Shown here piece by piece: positions 7,912 to 17,900 of a DNA stretch of 32,000 nt. Every line of letters starts with the position of its first letter. Within the stretch, counting starts at the first letter, position 1. This DNA comes from Halalkalibacterium halodurans (lineage in GTDB: Bacteria > Bacillota > Bacilli > Bacillales > Bacillaceae_D): positions 1 through 32,000 of the forward strand of contig NZ_SNUY01000047.1 in the NCBI RefSeq assembly GCF_004376175.1. The letters are read 5' to 3'. The notes beneath the pieces were generated by a model. It saw only the letters and a list, made by a program, of their open reading frames with translations. It did not search any database and was not told where the DNA came from. The position numbers and the translations under genes were made by a program.

Positions 7912-9009
7912 ATGGCGTCGATTGTATCGGTGAGCAGCTATCCGCCCCCTTATTTATTGAAACAAGAGACAACGACTGAATTTGCGAAGGAGCTGTTTCA
8001 AGAAGATTTTCGTGACATTGAGCGCTTATTAAAATCATTTTCGAACGGGCAAATCGAAGAGCGACAGTTTGCTGTTCCTCTCGATTGGTTTCGTCAGGAT
8101 CATTCTCTACAAGAAAAAAATGATACCTACATAAAGCTGGCAACGATGTTTAGTGTAGAGGTCGTTCGTCAGTGTCTCCAATCGAACGTTTTTTTGAAAA
8201 AGCCAGTAGCGGAGGAGGAAATCGATACGATTGTCTTTGTGTCGAGCTCTGGGATGGCTACCCCAAGCATTGAAGCAAGAATGATGAATGAGCTACCATT
8301 CTCTCCTCATACGAAACGGGTCCCAATGTGGGGACTCGGTTGTGCCGGTGGAGCTGCTGGGATGAGCCGGGCCTATGAATATTGCCGCGCGTTTCCGCGA
8401 GCGAATGTACTCGTCGTTTGTGTCGAGCTTTGCAGTCTCACGTTTCAACGCCAAGATCGGACCAAAAGCAATTTAATTGGAGCATCCCTTTTTTCTGATG
8501 GTGTTGCGTGTGCCCTAGTGAGCGGCGATGAATCTGACGTTCTTGGGCGGATGAAAATGCCAACGCGGCCATTAATCCTAGGCTCCTCTTCTACACTCAT
8601 GCCAGATTCGGAACAAGTGATGGGCTGGGATGTGAAGGATACAGGCCTCCATGTCGTGTTTTCCCGAGATATTCCGAACATTATTCGCCACTGGCTCAGG
8701 CCTAATGTGGAGCGCTTTTTGGAGACGTATCGACTGTCCTTGGAACAAATTGAGGCTTTTATCGCCCACCCAGGAGGACGAAAGGTGTTGGAAGCTTATG
8801 AAGAAGCGCTGTCCTTTTCAGACGAGATGACGGAGTATTCCCGTGACATTTTACGCCATCATGGTAACATGTCATCCCCTACGGTATTGTACGTTCTTGA
8901 AAAATTTATGAAGGATACGAGAGATCCTGGACAATATGGATTAATGGCAGCACTAGGGCCAGGGTTCTGCTCTGAATTAGTGCTTATACAATGGGAGGCG
9001 GTTCATTGA
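7912..9009 (+). CDS. bpsA: type III polyketide synthase (chalcone/stilbene synthase family, BpsA-like)
   Basis: 365 aa. Catalytic Cys in GLGCAGGAAG, His in FIAHPGGRKV, Asn in HGNMSSPTV. SD GAGGTAGGTGA. Confidence 0.88.
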   Translation: MASIVSVSSYPPPYLLKQETTTEFAKELFQEDFRDIERLLKSFSNGQIEERQFAVPLDWFRQDHSLQEKNDTYIKLATMFSVEVVRQCLQSNVFLKKPVAEEEIDTIVFVSSSGMATPSIEARMMNELPFSPHTKRVPMWGLGCAGGAAGMSRAYEYCRAFPRANVLVVCVELCSLTFQRQDRTKSNLIGASLFSDGVACALVSGDESDVLGRMKMPTRPLILGSSSTLMPDSEQVMGWDVKDTGLHVVFSRDIPNIIRHWLRPNVERFLETYRLSLEQIEAFIAHPGGRKVLEAYEEALSFSDEMTEYSRDILRHHGNMSSPTVLYVLEKFMKDTRDPGQYGLMAALGPGFCSELVLIQWEAVH

Positions 9010-9569
9010 TGATATGGGTGTATGCATTCATTAGCTTAGTCATTGTGCAACGGCTGGTGGAAGTGGGATTAGCGAATCAAAATGCTAAATGGATCCGGTC
9101 AAAAGGGGGATATGAGGTTGGACAGACACATTACAAATATTTAGTACTGCTTCATGGCTTCTTTTTTGTGTCGTTAATAACGGAGGTGACGATTAAAGGT
9201 GTCGCATTCGATCTTTGGTCGGCGATTCCCTTTGCATGGTTTCTTTTTGCGCAAATCTTACGGCTATGGGCGTTATCCTCACTCGGTCGATTTTGGAACA
9301 CAAGAATCATGATTCTACCCGATGCGAATGTGATCGCAAGTGGTCCGTATCGTTACATCAAGCATCCGAATTATGCGGTCGTCATTATTGAGATTGCTAT
9401 GCTCCCTCTATTCTTTAAAGCTTATATGACAGCGTTTCTATTTTCCCTACTTAATGCCATTGTGCTTTACATACGAATCCATACGGAAGAAGAAGCATTA
9501 CAAGCAGCAACGAACTATGAAGCTGTTTTCGAAGGAAAAGCCCGATTCACCCCGAAGTTGGATGAATAA
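9009..9569 (+). CDS. bpsB: isoprenylcysteine carboxyl methyltransferase-family membrane methyltransferase (BpsB/YpbQ-like)
   Basis: Polytopic membrane protein with GPYRYIKHPNY motif. ATG 9009 overlaps the bpsA TGA (TGATG), with GGGAGG 10 nt upstream. The track start 8991 lies inside bpsA. Confidence 0.75.
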   Translation: MIWVYAFISLVIVQRLVEVGLANQNAKWIRSKGGYEVGQTHYKYLVLLHGFFFVSLITEVTIKGVAFDLWSAIPFAWFLFAQILRLWALSSLGRFWNTRIMILPDANVIASGPYRYIKHPNYAVVIIEIAMLPLFFKAYMTAFLFSLLNAIVLYIRIHTEEEALQAATNYEAVFEGKARFTPKLDE

Positions 9570-9606
9570 AGAGGATAACCTTGTTTTTCTTGGTCATCCT
9601 CTTTTC
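9569..9606. terminator. possible hairpin terminator after bpsB (weak U-tract)
   Basis: AAGAGGAT...ATCCTCTT 9-bp stem plus inner ACC/GGT pairs. Only a short T run follows. Confidence 0.35.
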
Positions 9607-9902
9607 ATCCTACCACTCGATTTTGGCGATTAACTCCTCATAGATGCCCACCTCACCATACCTTGTTTCTGATGTTTTGCTTTTTAACTGTACCGATGCT
9701 ATCTCTTTTTCAACTTTAGCAAAAAAAGTCATTTTTTGAAGAGGGAATCTCGCATGTTTCTCTTTTCAAACGAAAGGGAAACGTGCTATCCTTTACGAGA
9801 ATTTTGAATTTCTTGCCCGATCGGCAAGCCGTACGTTAAGGAAAGTAAAACGTAAGCTTACGCAAGAGGACAAGATTTTCTAATGAAAATGAGGGATGCG
9901 GG

Positions 9903-10442
9903 ATGGTTTCTTTTTTCATGGAGCATGCGCTGACGATGATCTTGATTATTCTCATTATCAATGTCGTGTATGTCACCCTTTTTACAGTGCGAATGATTTT
10001 CACCTTAAAAAATCAACGTTATCTAGCGGCTACTGTTAGTATGATTGAGATTATTGTTTACGTACTTGGATTAAGCCTTGTGCTGGACAACTTGGATCGT
10101 ATTGAAAATTTAATCGCGTATGCGGTCGGCTATGGAATCGGTGTAATCACTGGGATGAAGGTGGAAGAGAAGCTAGCCCTCGGTTATATTACGGTCAATG
10201 TGATTACGAAGGAGTATGAGCCGGACATTCCGAATACGTTGCGTGATAAAGGCTACGGAGTGACAAACTGGGTTGCCTATGGGCGGGAAGGAGAGCGGCT
10301 CATGATGGAGATCCTCACCTCTCGTAAATCGGAAGCTGACTTGTATGCCACGATTAAAAAGCTGGATCCAAAAGCATTTATTATTTCCCATGAGCCGAAA
10401 ACATTCTTTGGCGGATTTTGGGTCAAAGGGATTCGGAGGTAA
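9903..10442 (+). CDS. yebE: UPF0316 / DUF2179 membrane protein (YebE-like)
   Basis: 179 aa with three N-terminal TM segments and a C-terminal DUF2179-like domain (GYGVT...KAFIISHEP). It has the same position relative to purE as B. subtilis yebE. SD GAGGGA. Confidence 0.75.
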   Translation: MVSFFMEHALTMILIILIINVVYVTLFTVRMIFTLKNQRYLAATVSMIEIIVYVLGLSLVLDNLDRIENLIAYAVGYGIGVITGMKVEEKLALGYITVNVITKEYEPDIPNTLRDKGYGVTNWVAYGREGERLMMEILTSRKSEADLYATIKKLDPKAFIISHEPKTFFGGFWVKGIRR

Positions 10443-10444
10443 CG

Positions 10445-10642
10445 ATGACAAAAAAGAAGAAGCAGCGATTTGAAGTCGGTGAGCATGAAACGATTGCCGA
10501 ATGCTTGGCGCGAATGGAAAAGGCGGGATATGTACCTATTAGACGAATGGAAAAGCCCGTTTTTGAGGAGAAAAGCATAGGTGGCAACAAGGAGTACGCC
10601 CCTGTCCGCCAGCAAATTGTTTTTGAAGGGCAATTGAAGTAA
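10445..10642 (+). CDS. yebG: NETI-motif small protein (YebG-like)
   Basis: 65 aa, MTKKKKQRFEVGEHETIAECLARMEKAGY... SD GGAGGT lies 4 nt upstream of ATG 10445, and the gene starts 2 nt after the yebE stop. The track start 10418 lies inside yebE. Confidence 0.65.
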   Translation: MTKKKKQRFEVGEHETIAECLARMEKAGYVPIRRMEKPVFEEKSIGGNKEYAPVRQQIVFEGQLK

Positions 10643-10684
10643 AAACGAACATTGATATATAGAAAACAAATATTGTTCGAGTTT
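10641..10684. promoter_or_regulatory. pair of inverted PurBoxes (PurR operator) upstream of the pur promoter
   Basis: AAAAACGAACATT (10641-10653) and ATTGTTCGAGTTT (10672-10684, reverse complement AAACTCGAACAAT) compared with the PurBox consensus AWWWCCGAACWWT. They are inverted, 18 nt apart, and abut the -35. Confidence 0.6.
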
Positions 10685-10686
10685 TG

Positions 10687-10715
10687 TTGACAAGATAAGC
10701 ATTTGCCTGTAAGAT
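10687..10715 (+). promoter_or_regulatory. sigma-A promoter of the pur operon
   Basis: TTGACA (10687-10692), 17-nt spacer, TAAGAT (10710-10715). Confidence 0.55.
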
Positions 10716-10762
10716 TAACGTACATTGAGTTAAATTACGAAAAACGTTCTTTATATAAAGTA

Positions 10763-10831
10763 CCTCATATAATCTTGGGAATATGGCCCAAAAGTTTCTA
10801 CCTGCTGACCGTAAATCGGCGGACTATGGGG
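10763..10831 (+). promoter_or_regulatory. purine riboswitch aptamer, guanine/hypoxanthine class
   Basis: CCTCATATAATCTTGGGAATATGGCCCAAAAGTTTCTACCTGCTGACCGTAAATCGGCGGACTATGGGG matches the conserved J1/2 (UAUAAU), L2 (AUAUGG), J2/3 (AGUUUCUAC), L3 (ACCGUAAAU) and J3/1. A C precedes UAUGG at the specificity position. Confidence 0.88.
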
Positions 10832-10909
10832 AAAGATTTTGGATCTTCTGCTTTTGAATAAAGGCGTGCCGACCAAGTTAGTAGGTTGCGTTCTTTTTTA
10901 TGTTCAAAA

Positions 10910-10967
10910 AGCGCGGAATGAGCGATCTTTCTCTAAGGAATTCGCTTGTCCTGCGCTATTTTTATTT
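10910..10967 (+). terminator. candidate riboswitch expression-platform terminator
   Basis: AGCGCGG (10910-10916) pairs with CTGCGCT (10951-10957), with inner AGCGA/TCGCT pairs, followed by ATTTTTATTT. A second, weaker candidate at about 10863-10899 ends in TTCTTTTTT. I cannot decide between them without folding. Confidence 0.4.
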
Positions 10968-10993
10968 CAAGGGAGAATACAGGAGGGTTAGTC

Positions 10994-11479
10994 ATGGAGC
11001 CAGTCGTTGGCGTCATCATGGGAAGTACATCCGATTGGGAGACGATGCAGCACGCATGTGAAATACTCGAAGAATTAGAGGTACCGTACGAAAAAAAAGT
11101 CGTGTCAGCCCACCGTACACCTGATTTAATGTTTCAATATGCAGAAACCGCACAGGAACGCGGGTTGAAGGTGATTATCGCAGGTGCTGGAGGAGCTGCT
11201 CATCTTCCAGGGATGGTAGCGGCCAAAACGGTCGTTCCTGTCATTGGGGTGCCGGTTCAATCAAAGGCACTGAACGGGCTTGACTCATTACTTTCAATCG
11301 TACAAATGCCGGGCGGTGTTCCGGTTGCGACCGTTGCGATTGGAAAAGCTGGAGCCACAAACGCGGGGCTACTGGCGGCGCAAATGATCGGTGCCTTTGA
11401 TCATCAAGTGGCTGAGCGAGTTCGCCTGCGCCGTGAAAAAGTGGAACAAGCTGTGCTGGAAAGTAGTGAATCGCTATGA
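10994..11479 (+). CDS. purE: N5-carboxyaminoimidazole ribonucleotide mutase
   Basis: [15 protein letters not shown]...AHRTPD...[19 protein letters not shown] at 10981-10987. The track start 10946 is an upstream extension. Confidence 0.93.
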   Translation: MEPVVGVIMGSTSDWETMQHACEILEELEVPYEKKVVSAHRTPDLMFQYAETAQERGLKVIIAGAGGAAHLPGMVAAKTVVPVIGVPVQSKALNGLDSLLSIVQMPGGVPVATVAIGKAGATNAGLLAAQMIGAFDHQVAERVRLRREKVEQAVLESSESL

Positions 11480-12615
11480 CGATCATTGAACCTGGAAAGA
11501 CGATAGGTATCCTTGGTGGCGGTCAGCTAGGACGGATGATGGCGCTAGCAGCTCGAGCGATGGGCTATCGCATCGCCGTGCTGGACCCTAATCCAGATGG
11601 GCCATGTGCCCAAGTGGCTGATGTGGTGATTGAAGCCGCGTACGATGACATGGAAGCTGCGAAAAAACTCGTCAGTGTATCAGATGTGGTCACATATGAG
11701 TTTGAAAATGTGAACTTAGACGTAGCCAATTATATTGAACAAAAAGGCTGCTTACCGCAAGGGGCGAACTTGTTGCGAGTCACTCAGCATCGGGCGGTCG
11801 AAAAAGAGACCATAACTACTCTCGGTTTACCTGTCGCACCGTACAAATATGTAAACGAAGCGCCTGATTTTATCGAACTGGCACAAACAATTGGCTTTCC
11901 AGCCGTGTTAAAAACGTGCCGGGGTGGCTATGATGGCAAAGGCCAACGGGTTGTTCGTACGGTCGATGAGCTCAAAAGCGCTTACGATGAATTGAAGCTA
12001 GCTGGGGAACTCGTGTTGGAGGCTTGGGTACCATTTGACAAAGAAATCTCTGTGATCGTCGCCCGAAACGAGCGAAATGACACGAAAACATTCCCGGTAG
12101 CGGAAAACATTCACGAGGCGAATATTCTTCACCAGTCGATTGTTCCAGCAAGGATTGGGGATGATCTGAGAGATAAAGCCGAGCAGCTTGCGATTCGCTT
12201 AGCGGAAGGGCTAAATTTAATCGGTACGCTCGCCGTGGAAATGTTCGTCACAACGAGTGGGGACATTTATATTAACGAACTTGCCCCGCGCCCGCACAAT
12301 TCGGGACACTACACGATTGAAGCCTGCGAAACATCACAGTTTGAACAGCACGTTCGTGCCATCTGTGGTTGGCCTCTAGGTCATGTAGGACTGTATAAAC
12401 CAGTTGTGATGGGGAATTTATTAGGAGAGCACTTACCTGGTGTCTTGAATGAAATCAGTGAGATGAAGGATGCGAAACTCCACCTTTATGGAAAGGCGGA
12501 AGCCAAAGAAAAAAGAAAAATGGGGCATATCACCGTCCTTGCTGATGATCTGAACAGAGCCATTGACCGGGTAGGACAGATCCAAGAAAAGGCTTGTGCT
12601 AAAATAGGCTCGTAG
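11476..12615 (+). CDS. purK: N5-carboxyaminoimidazole ribonucleotide synthase (ATP-grasp)
   Basis: 379 aa, [15 protein letters not shown]-grasp core, ATGA overlap with purE. Confidence 0.93.
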   Translation: MTIIEPGKTIGILGGGQLGRMMALAARAMGYRIAVLDPNPDGPCAQVADVVIEAAYDDMEAAKKLVSVSDVVTYEFENVNLDVANYIEQKGCLPQGANLLRVTQHRAVEKETITTLGLPVAPYKYVNEAPDFIELAQTIGFPAVLKTCRGGYDGKGQRVVRTVDELKSAYDELKLAGELVLEAWVPFDKEISVIVARNERNDTKTFPVAENIHEANILHQSIVPARIGDDLRDKAEQLAIRLAEGLNLIGTLAVEMFVTTSGDIYINELAPRPHNSGHYTIEACETSQFEQHVRAICGWPLGHVGLYKPVVMGNLLGEHLPGVLNEISEMKDAKLHLYGKAEAKEKRKMGHITVLADDLNRAIDRVGQIQEKACAKIGS

Positions 12616-12648
12616 AAACGACAAATTTGGAGTGGAGGCTGTAAATCA

Positions 12649-13950
12649 ATGATTGAACGGTATACTCGTCCTGAGATGGGAGCAATTTGGACAGAAGAAA
12701 ATCGCTATCAGGCATGGCTAGAAGTAGAGATTGTTGCCTGTGAAGCATGGGCGGAGCTTGGAGAGATTCCGAAAGAGGACGTAAAGAAAATCCGCGAACA
12801 TGCCAGCTTTGATGTGGAGCGAATTTTGGAAATTGAGCAGGAAACTCGCCACGATGTGGTGGCGTTTACCCGTGCAGTATCCGAAACGCTAGGAGAAGAG
12901 AGAAAATGGGTTCATTATGGGTTAACGTCAACAGATGTCGTAGATACAGCGCTATCCTACTTGCTGAAGCAAGCAAATGAAATTATTGAGGCCGATCTTG
13001 TCAGATTTCTTGACATCTTAAAAGAGAAGGCATTAGAGCACAAGTATACGGTAATGATGGGACGGACACATGGCGTTCACGCAGAGCCTACTACGTTCGG
13101 GTTAAAGCTCGCTCTCTGGTATGAAGAAATGAAGCGCAACCTTGAGCGTTTTCGTCTTGCAGCAGAAGGCGTTCGTGTTGGTAAGCTTTCAGGAGCGGTC
13201 GGAACGTACGCAAACATTGATCCATTTGTAGAGCAGTATGTTTGCGAAAAGCTAGGTCTTGAGCGGGCTCCAATTTCAACGCAAACACTTCAACGGGATC
13301 GCCATGCAGAATATATGGCGACGTTGGCCCTTATCGCCACTTCGATTGAGAAGTTCGCTGTTGAAATTCGCGGGTTGCAAAAATCTGAAACGAGAGAAGT
13401 AGAGGAATATTTTGCGAAGGGACAAAAAGGGTCATCGGCTATGCCACACAAGCGCAATCCGATTGGATCTGAAAATATGACAGGGATCGCCCGTGTCGTC
13501 CGCGGCCATATGCTTGCGGCCTATGAAAATGTTCCCCTTTGGCATGAGCGGGACATTTCCCATTCCTCTGCTGAACGGATCATTTTACCAGATGCGACGA
13601 TTGCTATTAATTACATGTTAAACCGATTCGGAAACATCGTGAAAAACTTAACCGTATTCCCTGAAAACATGAAGCGTAATATGACACGTACGTATGGTCT
13701 TATCTACTCGCAAAGAGTGTTGCTTTCTTTGATCGACAAAGGGATGGTACGGGAAGAAGCATACGATCTTGTCCAACCGAAGGCAATGGAAGCGTGGGAA
13801 AAAGGCGTTCAGTTCCGTGAATTGGTTGAGCAAGAGGAACGGATTACGTCTGTTTTATCACCTGAAGAAATAGAAGCATGCTTTGACTACAACCACCATT
13901 TAAAACATGTGGACACGATCTTTGAGCGTCTCGGCTTAACAAACGAATAA
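12649..13950 (+). CDS. purB: adenylosuccinate lyase
   Basis: 433 aa with the fumarate-lyase signature [23 protein letters not shown]. Confidence 0.95.
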   Translation: MIERYTRPEMGAIWTEENRYQAWLEVEIVACEAWAELGEIPKEDVKKIREHASFDVERILEIEQETRHDVVAFTRAVSETLGEERKWVHYGLTSTDVVDTALSYLLKQANEIIEADLVRFLDILKEKALEHKYTVMMGRTHGVHAEPTTFGLKLALWYEEMKRNLERFRLAAEGVRVGKLSGAVGTYANIDPFVEQYVCEKLGLERAPISTQTLQRDRHAEYMATLALIATSIEKFAVEIRGLQKSETREVEEYFAKGQKGSSAMPHKRNPIGSENMTGIARVVRGHMLAAYENVPLWHERDISHSSAERIILPDATIAINYMLNRFGNIVKNLTVFPENMKRNMTRTYGLIYSQRVLLSLIDKGMVREEAYDLVQPKAMEAWEKGVQFRELVEQEERITSVLSPEEIEACFDYNHHLKHVDTIFERLGLTNE

Positions 13951-13951
13951 A

Positions 13952-13973
13952 GGGGCAGGTAGCTGCCCTTTTT
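13952..13973 (+). terminator. terminator-like hairpin inside the pur operon (purB-purC gap)
   Basis: GGGGCAG-GTAG-CTGCCCT stem-loop immediately followed by TTTTT, 2 nt after the purB stop. Confidence 0.4.
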
Positions 13974-14007
13974 CAATGATTCCCAATCTTCCAAAGAAGG
14001 TGAAATT

Positions 14008-14721
14008 ATGGAAAAGCATGACCTTTTATATGAAGGTAAGGCAAAGAAAATTTATCGGACCGACGAAGAAGGGCTCCTTTGGGTCGAGTATAAAAATAGC
14101 GCGACCGCTTTCAACGGGGAGAAGAAAGCTTCAATCGAAGGGAAAGCTCGATTGAACAATGAAATCTCCTCGCTCATTTTCTCCTATCTCAAGGAACAGG
14201 GAGTCGACTCTCATTTCGTCAAACGCTTATCAGAAACGGAACAGCTCATCCATCAGGTGACGATTATCCCCCTTGAAGTGGTCGTCCGAAACGTGATCGC
14301 CGGTAGCTTGGCGAAACGGATCGGAATCGAGGAGGGCACACCGTTAGAAAAACCGTTAGTCGAGTTTTACTACAAAGATGACGATCTAGGTGACCCCCTT
14401 GTCACAGAGGATCATATTGCGATTTTGCAAGCAGCGACGAAAGAACAAGTAGACATTTTGAAAGTGAAGGCGATCGTAGTGAATGATGCGCTCACGACTT
14501 TCTTTGCAGGAATCGGGGTAAAGCTCGTTGACTTCAAGCTAGAATTTGGCGTAACAGCAGATGGTGCCATTTTACTAGCGGATGAAATCTCCCCAGATAC
14601 ATGCCGATTATGGGATGCGAAGACTGGAGAGCGATTTGATAAAGATTTATTTAGACGAAATCTAGGAAACTTGCAAGACGGCTATGAACAAATTTTAACG
14701 CGAATTGAACAAAAGGCGTAA
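14008..14721 (+). CDS. purC: SAICAR synthetase
   Basis: 237 aa, LLYEGKAKKIY...DTCRLWD. SD GAAGGTGA. Confidence 0.95.
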   Translation: MEKHDLLYEGKAKKIYRTDEEGLLWVEYKNSATAFNGEKKASIEGKARLNNEISSLIFSYLKEQGVDSHFVKRLSETEQLIHQVTIIPLEVVVRNVIAGSLAKRIGIEEGTPLEKPLVEFYYKDDDLGDPLVTEDHIAILQAATKEQVDILKVKAIVVNDALTTFFAGIGVKLVDFKLEFGVTADGAILLADEISPDTCRLWDAKTGERFDKDLFRRNLGNLQDGYEQILTRIEQKA

Positions 14722-14750
14722 CGCGCCGAAATTGAAATAGGAGGCTCATC

Positions 14751-15005
14751 ATGTACAAAGTAAAAGTATATGTCACCCTGAAAGAAAGTGTCCTCGATCC
14801 TCAAGGGAGTGCCGTACAAAAATCACTTCATGCATTATCATTCACAGAAGTGAACGAGGTTCGAATTGGAAAATATATGGAGTTAACATTAGAAAAAGGA
14901 GAAGGCGATCTTGACGAGCGTATCCATGACATGTGTCAAAAGCTCCTCGCCAACACCGTGATTGAAGATTATCGCTACGAAGTGGAGGAGGTTATCCCGT
15001 CATGA
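14751..15005 (+). CDS. purS: FGAM synthase subunit PurS
   Basis: 84 aa, [27 protein letters not shown]. Confidence 0.92.
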   Translation: MYKVKVYVTLKESVLDPQGSAVQKSLHALSFTEVNEVRIGKYMELTLEKGEGDLDERIHDMCQKLLANTVIEDYRYEVEEVIPS

Positions 15006-15685
15006 AGTTTGCTGTCATCGTATTTCCAGGATCCAACTGTGACGCTGACATGTATCATGCCGTGAAAGACGCTTTAGGTGAAGAGGTCGACTACCTTTGG
15101 CATACTGAAACGAGCGTTGAAGGCTATGATGCGATTTTACTACCTGGGGGTTTCTCATACGGTGACTACCTCCGTTCAGGCTCCATCGCTCGCTTTTCTC
15201 CGATTATGGAGGATGTGATTCGCGCGGCGAACGAAGGCGTCCCTGTGCTCGGCGTGTGCAACGGATTTCAAGTATTGTTAGAAGCAGGGCTCCTGCCTGG
15301 CGCGATGCTTCGCAACGAAAAGCTGACGTTTATTTGTAAACCGGTTGAGCTTGAAGTACAAAACAACGACACTTTCTTTACCTCAGAGTATGAGCAAGGG
15401 GAAACGATTACGATTCCAGTAGCCCATGGAGAGGGGAACTATTATTGTGATGATGAAACACTCAAGCAGCTTGAGGCGAACAACCAAGTCGTGTTTCGCT
15501 ATACCGATCGTGTGAATGGCTCACGTAACCACATTGCCGGCATCGTCAATAAAGCAGGTAATGTTTTAGGTATGATGCCACACCCAGAGCGAGCAGTCGA
15601 GCAGCTTGTGGGCGGCGAAGACGGTCTGCGCTTATTTAAATCGATTTTACGAAATTGGAGGGAATCCCATGTCGTTACACCGTGA
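15002..15685 (+). CDS. purQ: FGAM synthase glutaminase subunit
   Basis: 227 aa with the class-I amidotransferase Cys in GVCNGFQ and the HPE motif. ATGA overlap with purS. Confidence 0.95.
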   Translation: MKFAVIVFPGSNCDADMYHAVKDALGEEVDYLWHTETSVEGYDAILLPGGFSYGDYLRSGSIARFSPIMEDVIRAANEGVPVLGVCNGFQVLLEAGLLPGAMLRNEKLTFICKPVELEVQNNDTFFTSEYEQGETITIPVAHGEGNYYCDDETLKQLEANNQVVFRYTDRVNGSRNHIAGIVNKAGNVLGMMPHPERAVEQLVGGEDGLRLFKSILRNWRESHVVTP

Positions 15686-17900
15686 ACCTACGGCAATCGA
15701 AGTGAAAGAACAGAAAATTTACCGAGAAATGGGCTTAACTGATGAGGAGTTTGCCCTTGTTGAATCCATTCTTGGACGCTTGCCGAACTATACGGAGACG
15801 GGACTTTTCTCCGTCATGTGGTCAGAGCACTGTAGCTACAAAAATTCGAAAGTGCTACTGAAAAAATTCCCGATTGATGGCGATAAGGTGCTTCAAGGAC
15901 CTGGAGAAGGTGCGGGGATCATTGATATTGGCGACGAACAAGCAGTCGTATTTAAAATTGAGAGCCATAATCATCCATCGGCGATTGAGCCATACCAAGG
16001 AGCAGCAACAGGCGTTGGTGGGATATTGCGAGATGTGTTTTCCATGGGGGCTCGTCCAATTTCGTTACTAAACTCATTACGTTTCGGAGAATTGACATCA
16101 CCGAAAGTCCGCTATTTATTTGAAGAAGTTGTCGCTGGAATTGCCGGCTATGGAAACTGTGTTGGAGTCCCAACAGTTGGCGGTGAAGTGCAGTTTGACC
16201 CATGCTATGAAGGAAATCCCCTCGTGAATGCGATGTGTGTCGGGTTGATCGACCATAAAGATATTCAAAAAGGGCAAGCAAAAGGTGTTGGCAACACGGT
16301 CATGTACGTCGGTGCAAGCACGGGCCGCGATGGAATTCACGGTGCTACGTTTGCTTCTGAGGAATTAAGCGAAGCTTCGGAAGAGAAGCGTCCAGCTGTC
16401 CAAGTGGGCGATCCGTTCATGGAGAAGCTCCTCCTTGAAGCGTGTCTTGAACTTATCAAATCAGATGCCCTTGTTGGAATTCAAGACATGGGTGCCGCTG
16501 GGTTAACGTCATCTTCAGCGGAGATGGCAAGTAAAGCAGGCTCCGGTATTGAGATGAATTTGGATCATGTTCCTCAGCGTGAAAAAGGAATGACGCCATA
16601 CGAAATGATGCTTTCCGAGTCGCAAGAGCGCATGCTAATCGTCGTCAAAAAAGGTCGAGAGCAAGAGATTAAAGATATCGTTGCCCATTGGGGATTACAT
16701 GCAGTTGAAGTTGGTCAAGTGACCGACGATAAGAAGTTGCGCCTTCTACACAAAGGCGAAGTTGTCGCCGATGTTCCAGTTGATGCGTTGGCAGAGGATG
16801 CACCTGTCTATCATAAACCGTCGAAGGTTCCTGCGTATTATGAAGCGTTCCAAAGCGAGAAAACGCAATGGATTCCAACAATCGCAGAAGTGAAAGATAC
16901 GTTGCTGTCCCTTTTACAGCAGCCAACGATCGCCAGCAAAGAGTGGGTTTACGAGCAATACGACTACATGGTTCAGACAAATACGGTCGTAAGTCCAGGC
17001 TCGGATGCGGCAGTGGTACGGATTCGCGGAACGAAAAAAGCATTAGCAATGACAACGGACTGTAACTCTCGCTACCTTTTCCTTGACCCAGAAGTAGGTG
17101 GAAAGATTGCCATCGCTGAAGCAGCCCGCAATATCGTCTGCTCAGGCGGCGTTCCGTTAGGAGTGACAGATTGCCTGAACTACGGAAACCCTGAGAAACC
17201 AGAAATTTTCTGGCAGCTAGAGAAATCAACAGATGGGATGAGTGAAGCTTGTCGTGAGTTAGGAACACCAGTCATCGGCGGGAATGTGTCGCTTTATAAT
17301 GAAACGAACGGTGTCGCCGTGTATCCAACACCCGTTATCGGCATGGTCGGTCTTATTGAAGATGTGGGCCATATTACGACTCAAGCCTTCAAAAAAGCAG
17401 GCGACTTGATTTATGTAATCGGCGAAGCGAAAGCTGAATTCGGTGGTAGTGAATTGCAAAAGTTAGTGAACGGCGAAATTTCAGGAAAAGCACCAGCTAT
17501 TGATTTAGCGGTTGAGAAGAAAAGACAGGAGCAATTGCTTGAAGCGATTCGAGCAGGTGCTGTCGCTTCTGCCCATGATATAGCAGAGGGTGGCCTAGCT
17601 GTTGCGCTAGCGGAGTCCATGATGGGAGAAGCTGTAGGTGCGGATGTTGTCATTGATGGTGAATGGACGACGGAATTGTTTGCAGAATCTCAGTCTCGTT
17701 TCCTAGTCTCTGTTCCGAAAGAGAAGCAAGCCATTTTTGAATCATTAGTGGAGGACGCGATTCATCTTGGGCAAGTGACAGACCATCCTCAATTAAACAT
17801 TCAGGATGTAAACGGCGCTCAAGTCCTGCAAGCGAGTGTAAATGAAATGCTCGAAGCTTGGAAAGGAGCTATCCCATGTTTGCTGAAATCAAAGGCTTAA
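15669..17900 (+). CDS. purL: FGAM synthase subunit II
   Basis: 743 aa from ATG 15669 ([18 protein letters not shown]...), with SD GGAGGGA. The track start 15606 lies inside purQ. Confidence 0.95.
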   Translation: MSLHREPTAIEVKEQKIYREMGLTDEEFALVESILGRLPNYTETGLFSVMWSEHCSYKNSKVLLKKFPIDGDKVLQGPGEGAGIIDIGDEQAVVFKIESHNHPSAIEPYQGAATGVGGILRDVFSMGARPISLLNSLRFGELTSPKVRYLFEEVVAGIAGYGNCVGVPTVGGEVQFDPCYEGNPLVNAMCVGLIDHKDIQKGQAKGVGNTVMYVGASTGRDGIHGATFASEELSEASEEKRPAVQVGDPFMEKLLLEACLELIKSDALVGIQDMGAAGLTSSSAEMASKAGSGIEMNLDHVPQREKGMTPYEMMLSESQERMLIVVKKGREQEIKDIVAHWGLHAVEVGQVTDDKKLRLLHKGEVVADVPVDALAEDAPVYHKPSKVPAYYEAFQSEKTQWIPTIAEVKDTLLSLLQQPTIASKEWVYEQYDYMVQTNTVVSPGSDAAVVRIRGTKKALAMTTDCNSRYLFLDPEVGGKIAIAEAARNIVCSGGVPLGVTDCLNYGNPEKPEIFWQLEKSTDGMSEACRELGTPVIGGNVSLYNETNGVAVYPTPVIGMVGLIEDVGHITTQAFKKAGDLIYVIGEAKAEFGGSELQKLVNGEISGKAPAIDLAVEKKRQEQLLEAIRAGAVASAHDIAEGGLAVALAESMMGEAVGADVVIDGEWTTELFAESQSRFLVSVPKEKQAIFESLVEDAIHLGQVTDHPQLNIQDVNGAQVLQASVNEMLEAWKGAIPCLLKSKA

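Noticed and set aside
9610-9732. 40-aa - strand ORF (MTFFAKVEKEIASVQLKSKTSETRYGEVGIYEELIAKIEW) in the bpsB-yebE gap
   Set aside because: The product looks protein-like and is followed by the bpsB hairpin. However, there is no SD (CCCTCTTCAAAAA precedes the ATG), there is an in-frame stop 36 nt upstream, and I found no promoter. It is kept only as a note under the intergenic finding.
10863-10899. First candidate riboswitch terminator ending in TTCTTTTTT
   Set aside because: The stem I can draw needs several G-U pairs and a bulge. It is not rejected outright but was not listed as a feature, because the downstream hairpin is stronger.
10946-10993. Upstream extensions of track ORFs (purE 10946, purL 15606, purF 17858, MOSC 7116, bpsB 8991, yebG 10418, DUF2892 24202, YbjQ 30674)
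   Set aside because: In each case an internal ATG has a proper SD and matches the conserved family N-terminus. The extension overlaps the preceding gene or the SD itself.
16669-17268. 199-aa - strand ORF inside purL
   Set aside because: It is an antisense shadow of a highly conserved gene, with no SD and no recognisable family.
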